Positions 27,973 through 38,032 of a stretch of DNA of 64,000 nucleotides are shown here, piece after piece. The notes below the pieces were generated by a model. The model did no database searches and was not told the DNA's origin. It worked only from the letters and a program-made list of their open reading frames with translations. Position numbers and translations under genes: made by a program. The DNA comes from an uncultured Alphaproteobacteria bacterium (GTDB taxonomy: Bacteria; Pseudomonadota; Alphaproteobacteria; HIMB59; GCA-002718135): the NCBI GenBank assembly GCA_902612805.1, contig CACMEY010000001.1, positions 138,805 to 202,804 of the forward strand. Direction: 5' to 3'. Within the stretch, counting starts at the first letter, position 1; every line of letters begins with the position of its first letter.

Positions 27973-29061
27973 ATGAATGACACATCTCAAAGTTTCGTTA
28001 AATTTGAAAAGATCGATAAAAGTTATGATGGAGAAGTACTAGTAGTAAAAAACTTAAACTTGGATATTGCTAAGGGTGAGTTTGTAACAATGTTGGGTCC
28101 ATCAGGATCAGGTAAAACAACAACCTTGATGATGTTAGCTGGTTTTGAAACACCTACAAACGGTGAAATATTTTTAGATACTAAACCAATAAGTAAAATA
28201 CCACCCTATGAAAGAGAAATTGGAATGGTTTTTCAAAACTATGCTTTATTTCCTCATATGACTGTTGCGGAAAATTTGTCATTTCCGCTAGAAGTGAGAA
28301 AAATTTCAAAACCAGACATTAAAGAAAAAGTGCAGAAAGCACTTGATATGGTTGAGTTAGGTAATTTTGGTACAAGATTTCCAGCTCAATTATCTGGTGG
28401 ACAACAGCAAAGAGTCGCTTTGGCTAGAGCACTGGTATTTGAACCACGTCTAGTATTAATGGATGAACCTTTAGGTGCACTCGATAAGAATTTACGCGAA
28501 CAGATGCAATACGAAATAAAACATATTCATGATAGGATTGGCATAACAGTTGTCTATGTTACTCATGATCAAAGTGAAGCATTAACAATGTCTAATAGAA
28601 TTGCTGTATTCAATGATGGGGTTGTACAACAATTATCTACACCTGATATCTTGTATGAAAAACCTGAAAATTCTTTTGTTGCAAAATTTATAGGTGAAAA
28701 TAATACACTTAATGGTGTTGTTAGGGAAGTGAATGGATCCTCATGTACTGTTGAGTTAGATGGAGGATTTGGAATTGTTAAAGCGTTAAAAATTAATGTG
28801 AATGAAGTTGGAGAGAAAACTCAACTATCTATTAGACCAGAACGTGTATCAATAGACAATTCAGCATCTGGTTCCAACAATTTTTCAGGAAAAATTGAAG
28901 AATTAATTTACTTAGGTGATCATATTAGGGCTAGGCTTGATGTTTGTGGAAATAATGAATTCATAGTCAAGGTTCCAAATGAAGGAAGTTTTAATCATAA
29001 AGAAGGTGACGAACTTAAATTAAGCTGGAATTCTGAGGATGTTCGAGCATTAGATCTGTAA
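27973..29061 (+). CDS. ABC transporter ATPase, PotA/PotG-like (polyamine/opine-type importer)
   Basis: Walker A GPSGSGKTT, signature LSGGQQQRVALARAL, Walker B VLMDEPLGALD, and a C-terminal TOBE-like domain. I set the start to ATG 27973 (MNDTSQSFVKFEKI...) rather than TTG 27931. Confidence 0.85.
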   Translation: MNDTSQSFVKFEKIDKSYDGEVLVVKNLNLDIAKGEFVTMLGPSGSGKTTTLMMLAGFETPTNGEIFLDTKPISKIPPYEREIGMVFQNYALFPHMTVAENLSFPLEVRKISKPDIKEKVQKALDMVELGNFGTRFPAQLSGGQQQRVALARALVFEPRLVLMDEPLGALDKNLREQMQYEIKHIHDRIGITVVYVTHDQSEALTMSNRIAVFNDGVVQQLSTPDILYEKPENSFVAKFIGENNTLNGVVREVNGSSCTVELDGGFGIVKALKINVNEVGEKTQLSIRPERVSIDNSASGSNNFSGKIEELIYLGDHIRARLDVCGNNEFIVKVPNEGSFNHKEGDELKLSWNSEDVRALDL

Positions 29062-29192
29062 TTATACTTTTTTCTTTATATTTAGCCAAAATTTTTTACT
29101 TTTACCCCTTTTTTTTCATTTAACGACATGTTATTACACTCGCATTACGGACATAATCTTAAGATTAAATAATTAAAAATAGGAGGATATAT

Positions 29193-30296
29193 ATGTCTAA
29201 ATTTTTAAAAGCCTTCTTATTTGTGTCACTTGTATTTGCTCCTTTTGCAGCTAGTGCTGTAACGGTTGCATCATGGGGTGGTGCTTATACAGAAAGTCAA
29301 CAAAAAGCTTATGCTGATACATACTCTGATCCTAGCTCAATTGTATTTGAAAACTACAATGGAGGTTTAGGTGAAGTAAGAGCTCAAGTAGAAAGTGGAA
29401 GCGTTACTTGGGATCTAGTAGATGTTTTACCATCTGATGCAATAACTGGATGTGATGAAGGATTATTTGAAGATATTTCAAGTGAAATTGCTACTTTAGG
29501 TGTTCCTGGTCCTGACGGTGAGTCGATTGCAGAAGATATGGAAAATAATGGTCTTGAATACCACTCTGGTTGGGACTGTTGTGTACCACAAATCTTTTGG
29601 ACATACGTGGTATTTTACGATCCAGATGCATTCCCAGGTGAAAAACCAGACAGTATGGCAGATTTTTTTGATACAGAAAAATTTCCTGGCAAAAGAGGTA
29701 TTCATACTTGGGCAACAGGTATAATCGAAAAAGCAATGGTAGCAGATGGAGTAAGTCCAAATGCAGTACCAACTGTTTTAGCTAACCAAACAGGTGCTAT
29801 TGATAGAGCATTTGAAGTTATGGACAGAATTAAGGACGATGTTGTTTTCTGGTCTGCTGGTTCACAACCACTTGAGTTAGTAAAAAGTGGTGAAGTTATT
29901 ATGGCTATTGCATATAACGGTCGTGTAGGTGCAGCAAATTTAGCTGAAGGTGAAAACTTTGAGTATATTTGGGAAGGTCAGGTTTTAGATCAAGAGTATC
30001 TTTGTCTAACTGCTGGAGCTCCTAATAGAGATGCAGCTATTGACTTTATGATGCATGCTTCAACTCCTGAAGCTCAAGCTGAACAAGCTAAATATATTAC
30101 ATATGGACCAATGAGAGCATCTGGTATCCCAATCATTCAAAATAATGAGCCTTGGGGACCAGGAGGTGTTGATATTATGCCTCACATGCCTAACACACCA
30201 GAACGTTTAAAAGTTTCAATCGTAAGTGATCCTCAATGGTGGTCAGATTACGGTGCAGAAATTAATGAGCGTTATGCTGCTTGGATGGGTAACTAA
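29193..30296 (+). CDS. Periplasmic solute-binding protein, PotD/PotF-like (family 1)
   Basis: Signal peptide MSKFLKAFLFVSLVFAPFAASA. Perfect SD AGGAGG at 29181-29186. Codon usage is noticeably less AT-biased than in neighbouring genes, as expected for a highly expressed SBP. Confidence 0.8.
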   Translation: MSKFLKAFLFVSLVFAPFAASAVTVASWGGAYTESQQKAYADTYSDPSSIVFENYNGGLGEVRAQVESGSVTWDLVDVLPSDAITGCDEGLFEDISSEIATLGVPGPDGESIAEDMENNGLEYHSGWDCCVPQIFWTYVVFYDPDAFPGEKPDSMADFFDTEKFPGKRGIHTWATGIIEKAMVADGVSPNAVPTVLANQTGAIDRAFEVMDRIKDDVVFWSAGSQPLELVKSGEVIMAIAYNGRVGAANLAEGENFEYIWEGQVLDQEYLCLTAGAPNRDAAIDFMMHASTPEAQAEQAKYITYGPMRASGIPIIQNNEPWGPGGVDIMPHMPNTPERLKVSIVSDPQWWSDYGAEINERYAAWMGN

Positions 30297-30330
30297 GCTT
30301 GAAAAAATAAAATTTGTAATTTAATCTAAA

Positions 30331-30355
30331 GGCGAGAATTATCTCGCCTTTTTTA
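30331..30355 (+). terminator. Rho-independent terminator/attenuator between the SBP and permease genes
   Basis: GGCGAGA-ATTA-TCTCGCC hairpin followed by TTTTTTATTT. The permease start codon follows immediately at 30357. Confidence 0.7.
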
Positions 30356-30356
30356 T

Positions 30357-31634
30357 TTGGAGGTTACTATTTCTACAGCGGAATTATTAACAACAGACGG
30401 AATTCCACTCAAACAAAGTCTTCGTAAGGCTGAAAGAAGAAATAAACTACGTGCATTTCTTCTTGTTTTTCCTTTACTCCTTTTCATTTTTGTAACTTTT
30501 GTAATGCCTATTGGAGATATGCTTCTTAGGAGCGTTGATGATAGTCAAATTAATTCAGTTTTTCCTAATACTTTTGATGAATACAAAAATTGGGATAAAG
30601 GAGCTGACGAACTACCACCTGAAGAAGTATATAAAAGTCTTTTTTTTGAATTAGCCAATGGAGACAAGAGACAAATAGGTAAAGCCTTAACAAGAATGAA
30701 TTATGCAAAATCTGGTTGGAAAAGTTTAATAAAAAAAACAACTAGAGAAATAAAAAAAATTGTAAAAAAAGGCGAAGAACCAGTTTCTTATAAAGATACA
30801 TTTATTAATATAAATAAGCTGTGGGCGGATCCAACTTATTGGTACTCATTTAATCAAATGGTAAAAGATAGATCTTCAATTTATTATTGGAATGCTCTCG
30901 ATAGAACATTTGATGAAGAAGGAGATGTCGTTTTACAAGATGAAAAAAGAAGAATGTATATTAAAACGTGGCTTAGAACTTTTAAGGTCAGTGTCTATGT
31001 AACAATTTTTTGCTTAATTCTTGGTTTCCCGGTTGCTCATCTCTTAGCTAATTTACCTCTAAGATACAGCAATCTTCTGATGATTTTTGTATTACTTCCA
31101 TTTTGGACCTCTTTACTTGTGAGAACAACAGCATGGATTGTAATGCTTCAACAAAATGGAGTTATAAATGGAATTTTAGTTTGGCTAGGCGTTATAAGCG
31201 ACGATGGTCGAATACAAATGGTTTATAATGAAGTTGGAACATTAATAGCAATGACTCAAATTTTATTACCATTTATGATTTTACCTTTGTACAGTGTAAT
31301 GAGGGTTATTCCAAAAAGCCACATGAGAGCTGCTCAAAATTTAGGAGCAAAACCTGTAACTGCATTTTTGCGAGTTTACTTACCTCAGACTATTCCTGGT
31401 ATAAGTGCTGGCGGTTTATTGGTTTTTGTACTTGCCATTGGGTATTTTATAACACCTGAATTAGTTGGCGGAAAAGATGGTAAATTGATTGGGAGTTGGA
31501 TTGCTTATCATTTAAAAACAACACTTAACTGGGGATTGTGTGCTGCTCTTGGCGCTATACTTCTTGGTATAATGCTGATCTTCTATTGGCTTTACAATAA
31601 AATTGTCGGAATAGATAACATAAAGTTAGGATAA
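30357..31634 (+). CDS. ABC transporter permease, PotB-like, with about 150-aa periplasmic insertion after TM1
   Basis: EAA-loop block AAQNLGAKPVTAFLRVYLPQTIPG. 425 aa against about 280 for typical PotB. TTG start (the exact start is uncertain). Confidence 0.8.
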   Translation: MEVTISTAELLTTDGIPLKQSLRKAERRNKLRAFLLVFPLLLFIFVTFVMPIGDMLLRSVDDSQINSVFPNTFDEYKNWDKGADELPPEEVYKSLFFELANGDKRQIGKALTRMNYAKSGWKSLIKKTTREIKKIVKKGEEPVSYKDTFININKLWADPTYWYSFNQMVKDRSSIYYWNALDRTFDEEGDVVLQDEKRRMYIKTWLRTFKVSVYVTIFCLILGFPVAHLLANLPLRYSNLLMIFVLLPFWTSLLVRTTAWIVMLQQNGVINGILVWLGVISDDGRIQMVYNEVGTLIAMTQILLPFMILPLYSVMRVIPKSHMRAAQNLGAKPVTAFLRVYLPQTIPGISAGGLLVFVLAIGYFITPELVGGKDGKLIGSWIAYHLKTTLNWGLCAALGAILLGIMLIFYWLYNKIVGIDNIKLG

Positions 31635-31638
31635 TAGT

Positions 31639-32535
31639 ATGGCTCTCCCAAGTTACGCATCACCAGTTCAAAGAACTTACTATTATTTTTACTTATTTTT
31701 TTGTACGGTAGTTTTCTTTTTTTTAATAGCACCACTATTTGCAATTATTCCAATATCTTTTAGTGTTTCTCCTTTTATGGTTTTTACCGAAGGAATGCTT
31801 GCATGGCCTCCTGATCCAGAAGCATGGTCAATTAGATGGTATAGAAATATGATTGGTGATTGTAGTGCTGATGTTGTTTCCTCTACTGTTCCTTGTTCAA
31901 CAAAATGGATGAAAGGTACAGTAAATAGTTTTTATATTGGTATCATAGCAACTGTTATTGCTACGGCCTTAGGCACTTTAGCCGCATTAGGATTAAGCAG
32001 GCCTCACATGCCATATAAAGGTTTGATAATGGCAATCTTAATTTCACCAATGATCGTTCCACTAATTATAACAGCTGCAGGAATGTTCTTCTTCTATGCA
32101 AGAATAAATCTTGTTTATACTTTCACAGGTGTAATTCTTGCACACGTTGCTCTTGCTACACCCTTTGTAGTAATTACTGTAACGGCAACATTAGTTGGTT
32201 TTGATATGAATATGGTAAAAGCTGCACAAAGTTTAGGTGCTAAACCAATGAGAACATTTTTTAAAGTCATTATGCCGTTGATTTTACCAGGTATTATATC
32301 AGGAGCTTTATTTGCTTTTATTACATCCTTTGATGAAGTCGTTATAGTTATGTTTATGGCAAGTATTGATCAGTTAACTATTCCAAAACAAATGTGGGCC
32401 GGAATACGACAAGAAATTAGCCCTGTTATTTTATGTATGGCTACATGTTTAGTACTTCTTTCTATATTCTTATTAACTACAGTTGAAGTACTTAGAAGAA
32501 GATCTGAAAAACTCAGAGGTATTAAAGCTCGATAG
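31639..32535 (+). CDS. ABC transporter permease, PotC-like
   Basis: EAA-loop block AAQSLGAKPMRTFFKVIMPLILPG; 6 TM segments. Confidence 0.85.
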   Translation: MALPSYASPVQRTYYYFYLFFCTVVFFFLIAPLFAIIPISFSVSPFMVFTEGMLAWPPDPEAWSIRWYRNMIGDCSADVVSSTVPCSTKWMKGTVNSFYIGIIATVIATALGTLAALGLSRPHMPYKGLIMAILISPMIVPLIITAAGMFFFYARINLVYTFTGVILAHVALATPFVVITVTATLVGFDMNMVKAAQSLGAKPMRTFFKVIMPLILPGIISGALFAFITSFDEVVIVMFMASIDQLTIPKQMWAGIRQEISPVILCMATCLVLLSIFLLTTVEVLRRRSEKLRGIKAR

Positions 32536-32539
32536 AACA

Positions 32540-33769
32540 GTGAAGAACATTGCTGTTATTGGTGCTGGTATAGTTGGTATATGTAGCGCATATTTTTTAA
32601 AAAAATCTGGATTTAATGTAACTTTAATTGACAGGGAGCAGCCTGGTTCAATGACAAGTTTTGGGCATGCTTGTACTTTTGCAGACTATGCAAATGTTCC
32701 TGTAAATTATCCTGGATTGATTTGGGATATACCATCAATGCTTTTAAGAAAAGATGGACCTTTGGCAGTTGATTTTTTTTATATTTTGAAGAACTTACCT
32801 TGGGCAATTAGTTTTTTAAAAAATTGTAAAAAAGAAAAAGTTAATGAAATAGCAAGCTCTCTCACCAACCTTTTAAAACACTCGCAAATATCTTACGATG
32901 AAATTTTTCAAGATGTAAATGTAAAAGAATATATTAACTATGAAGAAAATCTTTATCTTTTTGATTCAAAAAAATCTTATGAAAATTATGAATACGCAAA
33001 CATTATTAGAAAAAATAATAACGTTAAAGTAAGAAACTTAAATAAAGATGAAGTTAAAGAATTAGAACCAAATTTAGCTGATGTTTATTATTCTGGGCAA
33101 GTCTTCACTGGATCGAGACACACAACAAATCCTTTAGCAATAAGTACTAAAATTTTTGAAAAGTTTTTAGAATTAGGTGGTATTTATATAGATCAAAATA
33201 TAAAAAATTTAACGCAGAAAGAAAAAAATATTGAATTATTTTTAGAAAATAAAAAACTTTATTTTGATAAAATAATTGTAAGTGCTGGTGCTTGGTCCAA
33301 TCAAATTGCGAATAAGCTTGGAGATAAATTCCCTCTTGATACCGAAAGAGGATATCACCTTTTATTTGAAACTGATGAGAAATTAATAAGTCGTCCCGTT
33401 GCTTGGTCTGAATCTGGATTTTATTTAATACAAATTCATGATGGGATAAGAGCTGCTGGTACAGTTGAAATAGCAGGTTTAAATAAACCACCTAATAAAA
33501 AACGTCTTAAAATGATAGAGAGACAATCAAGAAAGGTTTTACCCCAATTGAAAGAAGTGAAATCAACATGGATGGGGAGAAGGCCTACCTTACCAGACTC
33601 ATTACCTGTTATTGGAAAGTCTCGCAAAAATAATAATGTCATTTATGCTTTTGGACATCAACATATTGGCTGGACTTTAGGGGCTGTTACAGGAAAAATT
33701 ATTGATAGTTTATCAAAAGATCAATTGCCAAATATAGATATTGGCGCTTATTCTCCTAACCGATTTTAA
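32540..33769 (+). CDS. FAD-dependent oxidoreductase, DAO family (D-amino-acid dehydrogenase / PuuB-like)
   Basis: The dinucleotide motif NIAVIGAGIVGICSAYFL sits right at the N-terminus if GTG 32540 is the start, 4 nt after the permease stop. The ORF-track start 32483 would overlap the permease by 53 nt. Confidence 0.75.
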   Translation: MKNIAVIGAGIVGICSAYFLKKSGFNVTLIDREQPGSMTSFGHACTFADYANVPVNYPGLIWDIPSMLLRKDGPLAVDFFYILKNLPWAISFLKNCKKEKVNEIASSLTNLLKHSQISYDEIFQDVNVKEYINYEENLYLFDSKKSYENYEYANIIRKNNNVKVRNLNKDEVKELEPNLADVYYSGQVFTGSRHTTNPLAISTKIFEKFLELGGIYIDQNIKNLTQKEKNIELFLENKKLYFDKIIVSAGAWSNQIANKLGDKFPLDTERGYHLLFETDEKLISRPVAWSESGFYLIQIHDGIRAAGTVEIAGLNKPPNKKRLKMIERQSRKVLPQLKEVKSTWMGRRPTLPDSLPVIGKSRKNNNVIYAFGHQHIGWTLGAVTGKIIDSLSKDQLPNIDIGAYSPNRF

Positions 33770-35199
33770 CCTAAACTAATTCCAACATTTTTGACTTGAA
33801 GATAAGATTTAAGTCCATCTACTCCTTTTTCACGGCTATATCCTGATTGTTTATAACCTCCAAAAGGAGTTGCATGATTTCCGGTAAACCATTTGTTTAC
33901 ATATACTTGACCAGCTTCTAATTTGCTTGCAGTCCAAGATGCTTTTTTAAGATCTTTTGTAAAAACTCCAGCACCTAAACCATACTCAGTATCATTCGCA
34001 ATATCAATTGCTTCTTCTTGATCTTCATATTCAAGAACTGAGAGAACCGGACCAAAAATTTCTTCTCTAGCTACAGTCATACTTTGTTTAACATTGTTTA
34101 GAACTGTTGGTTCCATAAAATATCCATCACGTTCTAATCTTTTTCCTCCATATGCCGCTTCTGCTCCTTCTTGGATTCCTGATCTTGCATAACCTTCAAC
34201 TTTTTGAAGCTGATTTTCTGATATAACTGGAGTTAGGTCTGTATCTTTTTCTATACCAGGTCCAATTTTTAACGATTTACTCATATCAACAAGCTTATCT
34301 ACTAATTCATCTTTGATTGATTTATGAACTACCAATCTAGACATCGCTGTACATATTTGACCAGCAACACTAAAAATTCCTGAACGTGCACTTTCTAGAA
34401 CCTCATTTAAATCAGCATCAGGGTAAACAATACCAGCTGACTTACCGCCTAATTCAACTACAGCAGGAATAGCTTTGTCTGCACAAGCATGAAGTATCTT
34501 TTTTCCAGTTGCGACTGAACCTGTAAAAACTACGTGATTTACATCTTCATGAGATACAAGATAAGATCCTGCTTCATTTCCGTATCCACAAATTATGTTA
34601 ATTAGTCCATCTGGAACACCAGCATTTTGGATTGCTTTAGCAAAAATTGTTGCGGACAAAGGAGTTAATTCTGCAGTTTTTATAATTGTTGAATTTCCTG
34701 TAGCAAAAGAACATGACAGTGATCTTCCAATCATTGATAATGGAAAATTCCATGGCACAACATGTGCTGATACACCAAATGGTTCTAAAACTGTGTAATC
34801 AAAAACATTTTTTGCAACAGGTATTGTTTTACCCTCAAGTTTATCTGTTAAGCCTGCATAATAATCAAACATATCTGCTACATCATTGAATTCTTTAATT
34901 GCTGAAGCGATATTTTTTCCATTTTCATAACAAAGAAGCTCACCACCTTCTTTTGAAACCTTTCTTGTCTCTTCTGCAATTTTTCTCATTAGTTTTGCTC
35001 TTGAAAGTAAAGGCATATCAACAAGTACTCTGCTGTTGTAAGAATTTTTAGCTGCTTCAACCGCAAGATCAACTTCATTTTTTTTTGCACATGAAATTTC
35101 GCCAATGATTTTACCATTTGAAGGATCATCAACCTTTATTGTTTCTTTGGACTCACTTTCAATCCATTTATTATTTATAAAATTCTTATATTTTTCCAT
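33766..35199 (-). CDS. NAD+ aldehyde dehydrogenase (PuuC/aminoaldehyde dehydrogenase-like)
   Basis: Motifs VPWNFP, ELGGKSAGIVY, GQICTAMSR and EEIFGPVLSV. Confidence 0.8.
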   Translation of the reverse strand: MEKYKNFINNKWIESESKETIKVDDPSNGKIIGEISCAKKNEVDLAVEAAKNSYNSRVLVDMPLLSRAKLMRKIAEETRKVSKEGGELLCYENGKNIASAIKEFNDVADMFDYYAGLTDKLEGKTIPVAKNVFDYTVLEPFGVSAHVVPWNFPLSMIGRSLSCSFATGNSTIIKTAELTPLSATIFAKAIQNAGVPDGLINIICGYGNEAGSYLVSHEDVNHVVFTGSVATGKKILHACADKAIPAVVELGGKSAGIVYPDADLNEVLESARSGIFSVAGQICTAMSRLVVHKSIKDELVDKLVDMSKSLKIGPGIEKDTDLTPVISENQLQKVEGYARSGIQEGAEAAYGGKRLERDGYFMEPTVLNNVKQSMTVAREEIFGPVLSVLEYEDQEEAIDIANDTEYGLGAGVFTKDLKKASWTASKLEAGQVYVNKWFTGNHATPFGGYKQSGYSREKGVDGLKSYLQVKNVGISLG

Positions 35200-35238
35200 T
35201 TTCTGCGTTTTTTAATCAATTATTTTTGTTTCATTCTT

Positions 35239-35263
35239 TATCATTTAGGATATGAAAATGATA
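35239..35263. promoter_or_regulatory. Inverted repeat TATCATTT-N9-AAATGATA in a divergent promoter region (candidate operator)
   Basis: A perfect 8-bp inverted repeat in the 84-nt spacer between the ALDH start (35199, minus strand) and the GS-like start (35284, plus strand). Confidence 0.25.
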
Positions 35264-35283
35264 CAAATTTAATTTTAAGAAAC

Positions 35284-36642
35284 ATGAGCATTACATTTAA
35301 TCAGTTAAAAAAACTAATAACAAAAAAAGAAATAGATACAGTTTTAGTTTGCGTATCAGATATGCAAGGTAGACTAAATGGTAAAAGAGTTACTGGAAAA
35401 GCTTTTATTGATTATGTCTATAAAGAAACGCATATGTGCGATTATCTCTATACCGTCGATATGGATATGTTTACTGTACCCGGATATAAATCTTCTTCAT
35501 GGGAAACGGGTTATGGTGATATGACTGTAATTCCAGATCTCAAAACGATAAAGATAGCAAATTGGTTAAATAAAACAGCTATAGTAATATGTGATTGTTT
35601 AGACCATTCAGGAAAAAAACCACTTATTCATTCAACAAGACAGATATTAAAAGATGTTTTAGCTAAGGCGGACAAAATGGGATTTCAATCTATGGTTGGT
35701 TCAGAATTAGAATTTTTTCTTTTTAATCAAACTTATGAAGAAATTCATAATAATAATTATACAAAACTTAAAGAGTCTTCTTGGTATATTGAAGATTATA
35801 TGATTTTCCAAACTACGAAAGAAGAGGATGTGATGCAGGAATTAAGGAATTCTCTTCTAGATAGTGGAATTTATGTAGAATGTTCAAAGGGTGAAGCAGC
35901 TCCAGGACAAGAAGAAATCAATGTTGTTTTTTCCGATGCATTAAACATGGCTGACAATCATATTTTAATTAAAAATGCGACAAAAGAAATTGCTTACAAA
36001 CATAACAAAGCCGTAACCTTTATGGCTAAATACAACAAAGAAGTTTGTGGAAGTTCATGTCATATTCATAACTCTTTATTCGATAAGAAAACAAAGAAAA
36101 ATATTTTTTATAACCCTAAGGATAAATATGGAATGTCTGATATTTTTAAAAGTTATCTTGCGGGACAAATTAAATTATTACCAGATATTTCAATTTTTTT
36201 AGCACCAAATATTAATTCTTATAAAAGATTTCAAGATGGATCATTTGCTCCTACAAAATCTGTTTGGGGCATTGATAATCGTACTGCTGGGTTTAGACTA
36301 GCTGGTCATGGATCATCCATAAGAATTGAATGTCGAGTCCCAGGAGCGGATGTTAATCCTTATCTTTCTTTTGCAGCTTTAGTTGGTGCTGGGTTATACG
36401 GTATTAAAAATAAACTTAAATTAGATAAACCTTATTCAGGGAATATATATGAGAAAAAAGTAAATGAAGTTCCTAAAACACTTAACGAAGCAATCCAACT
36501 TGCTAAAAAATCTAAATTTTTAAAAGAGATATTTCCACAAGATGTACTTGATCATTATATCCATGCTGCTGAATGGGAGCAAAAAGATTATGATGGGTCA
36601 GTTAATGATTGGCAATTACGAAGATATTTCGAACGAGGCTAA
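35284..36642 (+). CDS. Glutamine-synthetase-family gamma-glutamyl-amine ligase (PuuA/GmaS/IpuC-like)
   Basis: GS catalytic blocks GSELEFFLF, GSSCHIHNSLF and NINSYKRF; 452 aa. Confidence 0.75.
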   Translation: MSITFNQLKKLITKKEIDTVLVCVSDMQGRLNGKRVTGKAFIDYVYKETHMCDYLYTVDMDMFTVPGYKSSSWETGYGDMTVIPDLKTIKIANWLNKTAIVICDCLDHSGKKPLIHSTRQILKDVLAKADKMGFQSMVGSELEFFLFNQTYEEIHNNNYTKLKESSWYIEDYMIFQTTKEEDVMQELRNSLLDSGIYVECSKGEAAPGQEEINVVFSDALNMADNHILIKNATKEIAYKHNKAVTFMAKYNKEVCGSSCHIHNSLFDKKTKKNIFYNPKDKYGMSDIFKSYLAGQIKLLPDISIFLAPNINSYKRFQDGSFAPTKSVWGIDNRTAGFRLAGHGSSIRIECRVPGADVNPYLSFAALVGAGLYGIKNKLKLDKPYSGNIYEKKVNEVPKTLNEAIQLAKKSKFLKEIFPQDVLDHYIHAAEWEQKDYDGSVNDWQLRRYFERG

Positions 36643-36651
36643 TTCTACTAA

Positions 36652-38028
36652 ATGTTTGAGACTATTACTCCAATAGACAACTCCGTCTTAGTTAAAAGAG
36701 AATATGCAACAGAAGAAGATATTGAAAAAAGTCTCAGTAATTCCTATTCTGTAAGAGAGCATTGGAAAAATATATCTCTAGAAGAAAGAAAAAAGTCAGT
36801 TTTAAATTTTGTAGAAATATTTTTAAAAAATAAGGATGTTGCTAGTAATTTATGTAAGCAAATAGGCAGACCTATAGCACAGTGCCCAGGAGAGATGCGA
36901 GGTTTTGAAGAAAGAGCTCGTTATATGATTGAAAATGCTGATAGAGCACTATCAAGAGTTGTATCAATTAAAAATGATGAATTTGATAATTATATAAACA
37001 AAGAACCACTAGGGACTATATTTGTAATTGCACCATGGAATTACCCTTTCAACACTTCTGTTAATTCAATTGTACCAAGTTTACTTGCCGGTAATGCAGT
37101 TATATTAAAACATTCTTCTCAAACCCCACTCTGTGCTGAAGAATTATATGAGGCAGCTAAACAATCTTCATTACCTAAAAATATTTTTCAGTATTTACAT
37201 TTAGATCATGATCAAACATCAAGAATAATTTCAGATTCAAGAATTAATCATGTTTTATTTACAGGTTCTGTAAGTGGAGGAAAGCAAATAAAAAAATCTA
37301 TAGGCACTAGATTTATTGGTGCTGGTTTAGAGTTAGGTGGAAAAGATCCTGCTTATGTTAGAGCTGATTGTGACTTAGATCATGCTGTTGAAAATTTAGT
37401 TGATGGATCATACTTCAATTCTGGCCAATCTTGTTGTGGTATTGAAAGAATTTATGTTGATAAAAAAATATACAACATATTTGTAGAAAAATTTAAAGAT
37501 GTAACTGAGAAATATGTTTTAGGAAATCCACTAGAGTTGGAGACAAATTTAGGTCCAGTAGTGAAGCAATCTGCTGCAAATAATATTAGATCTGAAGTTA
37601 ACAACGCAATTAGTCAAGGTGGAAAGAATATTATAGATAACAAAAAATTTAATTTAGATGATGGTAATAATTGTTATGTAAGCCCTAGTGCACTCATCAA
37701 TGTCGATCATTCGATGAAATACATGATGGAAGAAATATTTGGCCCTTCGGTGGGAATAATGAAAGTAGAAAATGAAAATGAAGCTTTATCTCTAATGAAT
37801 GATAGTTCTTATGGATTAACAGCAAGTATTTGGACAAATGATAAGTCTTTTGCAGAAAATTTTGGAAAAAATGTTGAGACAGGAACTTTTTTTATGAATA
37901 GATGTGATTACTTAGATCCCGGCTTAGCATGGACCGGTGTAAAAGATACTGGTATTGGTGTTACTTTATCTGTTCTAGGATTTGATCATTTAACGAGAGC
38001 AAAAAGTTATCATATTAGAAATATTTAA
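36652..38028 (+). CDS. Aldehyde dehydrogenase family protein (second copy in this module)
   Basis: Motifs APWNYPF, ELGGKDPAYV, GQSCCGIERIYV and EEIFGPSVGI. Confidence 0.8.
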   Translation: MFETITPIDNSVLVKREYATEEDIEKSLSNSYSVREHWKNISLEERKKSVLNFVEIFLKNKDVASNLCKQIGRPIAQCPGEMRGFEERARYMIENADRALSRVVSIKNDEFDNYINKEPLGTIFVIAPWNYPFNTSVNSIVPSLLAGNAVILKHSSQTPLCAEELYEAAKQSSLPKNIFQYLHLDHDQTSRIISDSRINHVLFTGSVSGGKQIKKSIGTRFIGAGLELGGKDPAYVRADCDLDHAVENLVDGSYFNSGQSCCGIERIYVDKKIYNIFVEKFKDVTEKYVLGNPLELETNLGPVVKQSAANNIRSEVNNAISQGGKNIIDNKKFNLDDGNNCYVSPSALINVDHSMKYMMEEIFGPSVGIMKVENENEALSLMNDSSYGLTASIWTNDKSFAENFGKNVETGTFFMNRCDYLDPGLAWTGVKDTGIGVTLSVLGFDHLTRAKSYHIRNI

Positions 38029-38032
38029 GATT

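Noticed and set aside
29062-29192. 131-nt leader upstream of the PotD-like SBP gene examined as a possible riboswitch
   Set aside because: I found no convincing conserved helices and no match to any riboswitch core I know. It is more simply an internal promoter plus a strong SD (AGGAGG). An Rfam scan is still worthwhile.
32483-32539. ATG 32483 start for the DAO-family oxidoreductase (53-nt overlap with the permease gene)
   Set aside because: GTG 32540 places the GxGxxG motif at the usual distance from the N-terminus and removes the long overlap. I cannot prove this without homologues.
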